Shown: positions 55,545 to 64,000 of the stretch, piece by piece
Layout: every line of letters starts with the position of its first letter
Numbering within the stretch: position 1 is the first letter of the stretch
Program-made: the position numbers and the translations under genes
Source of the DNA: Eledone cirrhosa
Lineage: Eukaryota
Direction of reading: 5' to 3'
DNA: 64,000 bases
Assembly (NCBI GenBank): GCA_964016885.1
Contig: OZ024743.1
Span: 288,176,001-288,240,000 of the forward strand
The notes under the pieces: generated by a model
Databases searched by the model: none
What the model saw: the letters and a program-made list of their open reading frames with translations, nothing else
What the model was told of the DNA's origin: nothing

Positions 55545-55895
55545 CGAGTGTGAGTGTGTGTGTGTATACGCTGCTATGCTAAGAGCGTATTTTGAATGGT
55601 ACACACACATTCATACAAACATACATACTTACATACATATGGATGCAAACAAGCGAAGTATCTGATCCACAAATATTCGCGTGATTTCTACGTACTTATT
55701 GAGATACACCATGGTTCGCCTTCTTAGTATTGGTCGTTAAAACCCCTGCTATACCACTTCCACTTGTATATGCCCGAACCCCTCCTTTGTTCATTGATTA
55801 TACGCAGATAACCATTCGAATATGCATGTGAATAAATGTTAAGGATTATATTAGAATATTTCCAACAAGCTTATATACGACATATCCACACACAC

Positions 55896-55992
<97 letters not shown>

Positions 55993-56874
55993 TATATTAT
56001 ATTTTGAGAATAAACTCTCAGTCGTTTACAATAATCCAGCTCCAAGAAAAGGGGCATTTCCGAGCAGTTAAATACATTAAAATATATGATAAACACAAAA
56101 CGTGTTTGCATTGTAACAGACAAAGTTAGCTATTAATGAAATAAACTAATTAAAGTGAATACAATTTGTCTGTCTCGATATAAGTCAATAAAGACAAGCT
56201 TATATTGGCAAAGGCCATGGTTCCTGGACAAATTTAAATTTCAAAATCCAAACCTGCTCCGTAGATGAATTTGAACCTCGAAACCTAAATCCGTTTCGCA
56301 ACGGTGGTACGTGAATTGAAAAATAAAGAGAATCGAAATGGAATTGAAATAAAAAGTGAAATATCCAAATCTTCTGTGCTTATCAACAGGAATCCAGTAA
56401 AATTAGTATATTTCACATCAAAAATTTAGCAGGTCTGACTACACGTGTGCAGCCAGGTCAAATTAGCCGTCCCGCATTTGTTTGATGTGTGATGTGTGTT
56501 CGTGATTGGGTGACTAATGTGTGTTTATGTGTTTGTTGTTATTGTGCTTGTGTATGTATGTATTTATTTATTTATTTATTTATTTTATTTTACAACACTG
56601 ACCTAAGAGAAGTATAAATAAGTAAATAAAATAAAATAAAATAAATAAATAAATAAATACATACACAGGCACAATAACAACAAACACATAAACACACATT
56701 AGTCACCCAATCACGAACACACATCACACATCAAACAAAACACTATACACACACGCAAACGCATGCGCAAAGAAGACAAAATAAAATAAACAAACAAGCA
56801 AATAAATAAATAAATATATAGACAGACTGAATAAAAATGGCGTAGACATACAATACAACAGGAGGAAACGATAA

Positions 56875-56918
56875 CACCACTGACGATGTTGCAGATGTGC
56901 AACGAAAGATTTATGATA
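56875..56918 (+). ncRNA. Hammerhead-like motif in the PLE-A 5' pLTR (identical copy at 60985-61028); weak stem I
   Basis: CTGACGA-t-gttgca(gatg)tgcaac-GAAA-gatt-TA-tgat; core and stem II intact, stems I and III poor. Confidence 0.5.
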
Positions 56919-57105
56919 AACTATATATATGTGTTTGTGTTTATATTGTATCTGTATTATTTTTGACTGTCGGTCAGTCAATGGCTACATTGAGGACCGG
57001 GTATATTATATTATATTACCGATATAAAAGACACAGAAGGGAAAAGCGAAAACCAACCAAACAGTGAGTGTGTTCTGTTATTAATTCTGGCAATATTACA
57101 CAAAT

Positions 57106-60100
57106 ATGACCCTCCCCAAGTATAACAATATTTGTTTCGACACACGATTTCATATAAAAAACCTCGCAAAACTAATTCATCGCCGTTATGGCATTAGCTT
57201 GTGCCAAGCTGAAAGGTTATTGAAAGACAGTTTTCTGTTATATAAAAACTACAATAACAACAGAACAAATCCGCTTCTTAAAACACTGTGTTTCCTCCAA
57301 AATATACACAACAAACATATCAAAACAAGTAAATAATTTATTATTGAACAAAACACAAGCTGAACGACTAAAACACACAATAACAGTTAATATGAAAAGA
57401 ACAACATACACAAAAGTCAACGAACTTTACAGACAGAAACGCATTAACGGTAAGGAAGTCCGAAATCTCACCACACCAAACGAGAGGGATAACTTCATGA
57501 GCGTCATCCGACGTGAAACGAAATACGCCCGAAACGAATGCAATAGGCACTTCAATAAGAAATTAGAGTGGATGAATAAGAAAAAACTACTAGAAAGGAA
57601 AATAGAATATTCTCAGAAATACCCAGATAACATCAACAATATCCGCATGACTGATGTAAAACTACCGGAAGAATTTACCAATGACCACACAGTAAATATT
57701 TATGGGAACACTTTAATCAGTGAACAAGAACAACAAATCCTGCAGCTACCACCAAAATTTGCCATCTACAAAAAGATTAACCCTATGGAGTGCAAAACGG
57801 AGCTGGAAAAGTGTTTCACAAAAATACGTTGGAATGCAAAGGTAAACAACAACAACAACAACAATAATAACGGTAGTAGTAATATAAACAATAACTCTGA
57901 GTATAGAAATAACAGCCATAACAATAACAATAACAGGAAACTGAGAAATAGTAATAATGGTAATAATACTAACGATAGACAGAACAACAACAACCACAAT
58001 AATAATAATAATAGAAACATTAACCACAGACACAGCAGCAGCGACGACAGTAGTAATAACGGTAACAATACGAACAACAACAACAATAACCACAGTGGTA
58101 ATAGTGGAAATAATACATGTAGCAACATTAATGATAGACACAACAAAAACAAGAAACATAATAATAGTAACAACCACAATGGTAGAAATAACAGTAACAA
58201 CAACAATAACGGTGAAGTAAACAACAATACATCTAGCAATCATAACAATAATAATAATGCTAATGATAGGAACAACAACAACCACCATGATAACAATAAT
58301 AGCAACACACACAACTATGACGATAGATATAATGACAACCCCTTAGAGAAACTATTTTTCAACCCAGCTGACAAAACATATAAGATGGGTAATATCTATA
58401 CTACGAGGTTACCCTTTAATAAAAGAGTTTGCATACCACAACAAATAGATGACGAGACAGAGGCACAGTTCACCATAGCTAGAAATAAGATTAGACAAAT
58501 AGTAGACAGATATACTGAGAGACAAAGCAGACCAGAGGCCCAACAACTTGGGAGGAAACCTGTAGAAGGCTTGGTTAGCCTCAAGCAGCGCACAAGGGAT
58601 GGTGAGGTAGTATGTCTACCCACGGATAAGTCTGGTAGGATGTCAATAGATAGCATGCCGAACTACATCAAGGCTATGCAACCCCACATCACCAACACGA
58701 GCGAAATTGCACAACAAACACACAATGGGAGAGAAAAAATCCTCAACGCTCACATGATGATGTGGACTGATATCCTAAAGCCAAGCAGACGCACTGCCAA
58801 CAACTTCCAGACGTCTAACAATGGCATACCACCCTTGTATGGGCTCCGCAAAGACCACAAGACAGTCGATGACCCGACAACAGGACCACCAACAAGACCC
58901 CTATGCGGAGCTAATATAGCTAGTAACTACAGGATCTCCTACTTCTTCTCAATGGTTATACGCCCCATATTCAAGATGTCCCCGGATGTATGTGACAGTA
59001 CAGAGGACCTCCTCAGCAGAATCAGTGAGTGCAACAAAAACAGGAACCTATCCAACTGCATAATAGGCAGCATGGATGTGGTGTCACTGTACCCATCCAT
59101 TAAGATTGATTTTGCTGTGAAAAAATATGTGGAGATGATCATTGAGAGTGAGGTGGAGTTCTGCGACGTCGACACAGACGAACTGGGCCTCCTACTTAGA
59201 CTTACCTACGACACTGACTACCTAGACAGCCATGACCTTAGACATTTCTGCCCTAGTAGACCCATAAGAAGTAGACCCCCCACCATAACCTCAATGGCAA
59301 AAAAGACTCCCATGGGAAGGTGGATTGGGTGGACCAAAGCTATACGGACCCCCCAAAACAATGATCAGGTAAGAAAAATGGTCGCACATGCAATAGGGGC
59401 TAGTATCAAAACTACCCCTCAAGGGCCACATATTTAAGTTCAACGAGAAGATCTACACCCAAAATGAAGGAGCAACCATTGGCGTCAGCATAGCTGGTGA
59501 TGTTGCCAACCTTTTCATGGTATGGTGGGAAAGGAGACTTAAAGATCTCCTTAATGAGAGCTCCATAGACCTCATCATGTACTCTCGTTATGTAGACGAT
59601 ATCAATATAGTTATAAGAACATCCCCACTAGAGAGCACTAACAAGTTTGATTTAGAACGTAGCACAATGGAAAGCACCCAGCAGATAGCTAATTCCATAC
59701 ACCAGAGTATAACTGTAACTATAGACTTCCCTTCCAAACACCCTAACAATAGACTACCTGTATTAGACACAGAACTCTGGATTAACACTATAGACGAGAG
59801 AGCCCAAATTCCCCACTCACACTATGCTAAACCCATGGCCTCCAAATACCTGATACTCAAAAACTCAGCAATGTCCAGTAGGGCTAAGTTTAATATTCTG
59901 ACCGCAGATTTGAAGAATGTGTCCCGCATGTGCGACCCAACAGAAATGGAAAGACACATCCAACACCTCATCAACCGCATGCAGTTCTCTGGCTACAACC
60001 AAAGAGACAGAGTCTGAGTATACGAAGGAGCCATGGAGAAGTATAAGACCCTCATACAACTGGACATGAAAGGAATTTGCCCATTATACAGGAGCAAATC

Positions 60101-60734
60101 ATGGAATAGCTTAGATAGGGCTAGACATAAGATAGGGAAAGCCACCTCATGGTACGACAACCAGAGATACCAGAGTGTCATGTTTGTGGACCCTACCCCT
60201 AGAGGGAAATTAGCTAACCAGTGTAGAAAGGCCCTGAGAAAGACCCACTTAAAAATTAAGGTGGTAGAAAAGCCAGGAACCACAATAAAATCCCTGATCA
60301 GCAAACCCTACCCTTTTAAGAAAACCCACTGTACCAATAGGAAATGTATCATATGTAAGGTAAACCCCCGGATAAACTGTAAAACTAGAAACGTAGTCTA
60401 TAGCATAAGATGTACAGAGGGTACTTGCAGAAACATGACAACAACATACATAGGTGAGACAGCTCGTAGCATAGGTGAAAGGATAGACCAACACTGGGGG
60501 GAACTAAAAGGACGAAAAAACGGGTCAGTACTATACGAACATGCTAGACAACAACATGACGGTAACTTAGACAACATAGAAATTAGAATAATATCTAAAC
60601 ATAGAAATGACCCAGCCGATAGGCAAATCAGAGAGGCCAGTGAAATAGAAATTAGAAGACCAAGACTAAACAGAAAGAATGAATGGAATAACAACAACAC
60701 CCAAACAAACAACACTAACCTAAGAGAAGTATAA
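57106..60734 (+). pseudogene. PLE-A polyprotein (RT, Cys linker, GIY-YIG) broken by two frameshifts (about 57335 and about 59417) and an in-frame TGA (60015-60017)
   Basis: PTDKSG, PPLYGLRKDHK, RPLCGA, GSMDVVSLYPSI, QNEGATIGVSIAG, YSRYVDD, LPVLD, CTNRKCIIC, NVVYSIRC..YIGETAR, R...EASEI...P.LN. Confidence 0.92.
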
Positions 60735-61250
60735 ATAAGTAAATAAAATAAAATAAATAAATAAATAAATAAATAAATAAATACATACACAAGCCCAATA
60801 ACAACAAGCACATAAACACACACTAGTCACCCATCACACACCAAACAAAACACTATACACACACGCAAACGCATGCGCAAAGAAGCCAAAATAAAATAAA
60901 CAAACAAGCAAATAAATAAATAAATATATAGACAGACTGAATAAAAATGGCGTAGACATACAATACAACAGGAGGAAACGATAACACCACTGACGATGTT
61001 GCAGATGTGCAACGAAAGATTTATGATAAACTATATATATGTGTTTGTGTTTATATTGTATCTGTATTATTTTTGACTGTCGGTCAGTCAATGGCTACAT
61101 TGAGGACCGGGTATATTATATTATATTATATTACCGATATAAAAGACACAGAAGGGAAAAGCGAAAACCAACCAAACAGTGAGTGTGTTCTGTTATTAAT
61201 TCTGGCAATATTACACAAATATGACCCTCCCCAAGTATAACAATATATAT

Positions 61251-61350
<100 letters not shown>

Positions 61351-61373
61351 TATATATATATATATATATATAC

Positions 61374-61418
<45 letters not shown>

Positions 61419-61449
61419 AGATCAAAAGATGGTTAAAGGAGTTCCATGT

Positions 61450-61518
61450 ATTTTATTATGCGCATTTCAAAAACAAACATCATCATGCAATAATATTTGT
61501 GTTTTCATCAGATAAAAT
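61450..61518 (-). ncRNA. Type I hammerhead ribozyme (family C)
   Basis: Minus strand: attttat-CTGATGA-aaacac...gttttt-GAAA-tgcgca-TA-ataaaat; within a 61415-61618 fragment homologous to 23562-23760. Confidence 0.75.
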
Positions 61519-61614
61519 CTGATATTATGCATACTCCAGTCCTACAAACTGTAGAGTGCTTCTTATCCGATATCTGCATTGCTTTATTGTACTACAATAA
61601 AACTCACCTCCTAC

Positions 61615-61656
<42 letters not shown>

Positions 61657-61660
61657 TATA

Positions 61661-61773
<113 letters not shown>

Positions 61774-62060
61774 GATATATTAACAAATGGAAAGAGAAAG
61801 CCCTAAGTGATAGGTTGTTGTATTAACGTAAATTTTAAGATGAAGCGAAAAAATAAATATTTATTGGATGAGTTAGGCAGAGTAAATAAGCGTGAATAGA
61901 AAATAAATAAATAATAATAACCGGAGAATTTTATCTAATGTTTAAATTTGATTAAATGTTTAGCTTATCAATTAAATTATCAATTAAATTATATATTATT
62001 AAAAAATCTATATATTATTAAAAAGAATATATTCATATATATATATATATACATACACAC

Positions 62061-62181
<121 letters not shown>

Positions 62182-62962
62182 TATATACAATAAAAGATTT
62201 TTTATGTTTAAGATGTAGGAAATTTTCTAAACTTATGGAAGTTCATATATTTTTCGGAGAAATCGGAGAAAAATCGTTTCTATGTAATAGCAATACAGCG
62301 TGAAGGGAATTAAGTTATTTTACTTATATTAAATGTTACAAATGTTAAGATAATAAAAGAAAGTTAAGATTATAAAAACCTTATATTATTTAATAGTAAG
62401 TTATAATTTTATAAATTTTATATATCTCTTAAATCCACCTAGTATATAGTTGTGACTGTTATAATATAAGTTTGTTTAGCATAAACCTTAAGAAACCCTT
62501 TATAACAGAGTGTATTCGAATTGCATATATATATAGAGATATAGACCCATACATATATACAACCCATACACAGATACATACACATATATATACACATATA
62601 GGTAGACATACATCATATATATATATATAATATATAATATAAAATAAAAACAAGTTATAATTTTAAAAGGATTATAATTTTAAGAGGAATTACAATTTGG
62701 AAATATATTCATATAATTTTAAGCAATATAACTTTAAAACAATATAATTTAAAAAAATATTTTAAGATATAATTTTAGATATAAATATTTTAAGATATAA
62801 TCATAGGCCAGGATTACCTAAGAAATATCAAAAATAATATTGAAAACTTGGAGAAAACGGAAAAAATTCTAGTCAAGTCAGATAAAACCAATAATCTTTC
62901 CGGAATAGAAAAGGACATCTATAACGATCTTATATTAAAGGAATTAAGGAAGAAATACAAAA

Positions 62963-63393
62963 TACACAATTAGGTATAAAATTAAAGTTAGAAGAAATGC
63001 GTACACAAAATCATATATATCTGTGACTTTGTTTGGTGTGTGTATATGTAAATCTTTATATTTAATAATGTCCCATTAGGTTGAGATGCAATTTGGGCAA
63101 TATTGGGCTGCGCTTTCTAGCAACCAGCCCACTCGCCGTAAGCAACCAATCACATTCTTTCTGACTTGACCACTGCCACGTCACGATTCTTAGCCATTTT
63201 GAATTTGTTTCTGGCGGGGATCACTTTAGAAAATTACTTGTCCTATGAGTTTGTTTCCTGGCGTGTTCGAAGCTCGAGATTTTATCCTTAATAGGATATC
63301 TCAAAATGCGAACGAAATCCGAGGGTAGAGATATAATCCTGGTAAGTGTGTACGCATTTCTTCTAACTTTAATTTTATACCTAATTGTGTATG
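62963..63393. repeat. About 46-bp inverted repeats around about 340 bp of unique sequence
   Basis: atacacaattaggtataaaattaaagttagaagaaatgcgtacaca versus tgtgtacgcatttcttctaacttttaattttatacctaattgtgtat. Confidence 0.75.
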
Positions 63394-63727
63394 GTTGACG
63401 GTATATTTAGTCGATTTCCACGTGCTGTTGAAATGTTGGGTACATATTCTATGGCGGTCGGCCGCGAAGAGATTGGTGTCATTTATTTATCTAATATTTC
63501 TTCATAGGTGCTTTTAATCTTATAGCCTGGTCTAATTGATTTTTTATGTGGTTCATTATGCTAATTGGGAGAGGAAATGGTGTATATATATTATCAAATG
63601 ATTCTTTGGACATACTTTATAGTATATTACTCTGATTATTTAATTTATTAATTCATCATTGAGCCACATTGTGAATGGTTGCAAAAACATATATATCTGT
63701 GACTGTTTACTTTGTGTATATGTAAAT

Positions 63728-63771
<44 letters not shown>

Positions 63772-64000
63772 CTTTGTTTGATAACACTAATAACTTTGAT
63801 AGAAGATTTCGGGCAGAGTTGGCCTTGGTCATATGTAACTTAATAGCACCACATGGTGAAGTTTTTCACAATATGTGATCACAATCTATCCATATTTTGG
63901 ACATCTTGGCCCACACTAGTAATGAGTTGTTGTTCTTTTTTTGAGAGACATATCTCGGTTTAGGGGGATTATCCAAGATTTCCTGAAAGAATTTGTGCAA

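Larger units (their letters stand above)
56477..61245 (+). mobile_element. Near full-length Penelope-like element family A (Neptune/Nematis-like): inverted pLTR piece, 5' pLTR, ORF, 3' pLTR, then (TA)n
   Basis: Direct repeats 56592-57130 and 60709-61245; 56477-56591 is an inverted copy of the pLTR start; RT and GIY-YIG motifs lie between the repeats. Confidence 0.95.

Noticed and set aside
60015-60017. In-frame TGA in the PLE-A ORF as possible selenocysteine (precedent in Naiad PLEs)
   Set aside because: It is a single TGA at a position with no evidence for a conserved Cys, most simply CGA>TGA decay. The copy also has frameshifts, and no SECIS was recognised.

Overview
Repeat-saturated, AT-rich eukaryotic non-coding DNA, probably intergenic or deep intronic. 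The SINE families and the density of (TA)n/(CA)n/(TACA)n microsatellites suggest a cephalopod mollusc such as Octopus (inference, not verified). No host protein-coding gene is supported: almost every ORF in the track is a microsatellite read-through. The real coding content belongs to mobile elements: (1) a near full-length Penelope-like element (PLE; RT plus C-terminal GIY-YIG, pseudo-LTRs, inverted 5' piece) at 56477-61245, with four partial relatives; (2) a second, different PLE (CxCx5C linker, probably Hydra clade) at about 18525-22350; (3) an R4/Dong-like restriction-endonuclease retrotransposon nested in (TACA)n at 37839-39432; (4) RTE, HERO-like and Poseidon-like fragments; (5) a dead mariner transposase; (6) about 17 copies of a tRNA-derived SINE. 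The most striking unannotated signal is a set of about 15 type-I hammerhead ribozyme motifs (CTGANGA-stem II-GAAA-stem III-TH-stem I) from at least six sequence families. Most sit in long palindromes or inverted-repeat cassettes dropped into (TA)n tracts, and they are densest at 22240-26130. One family forms palindromes centred on the ribozyme stem II, and its loop is in opposite (flip/flop) orientation in two copies. All folding was done by eye and all coordinates were counted by hand.
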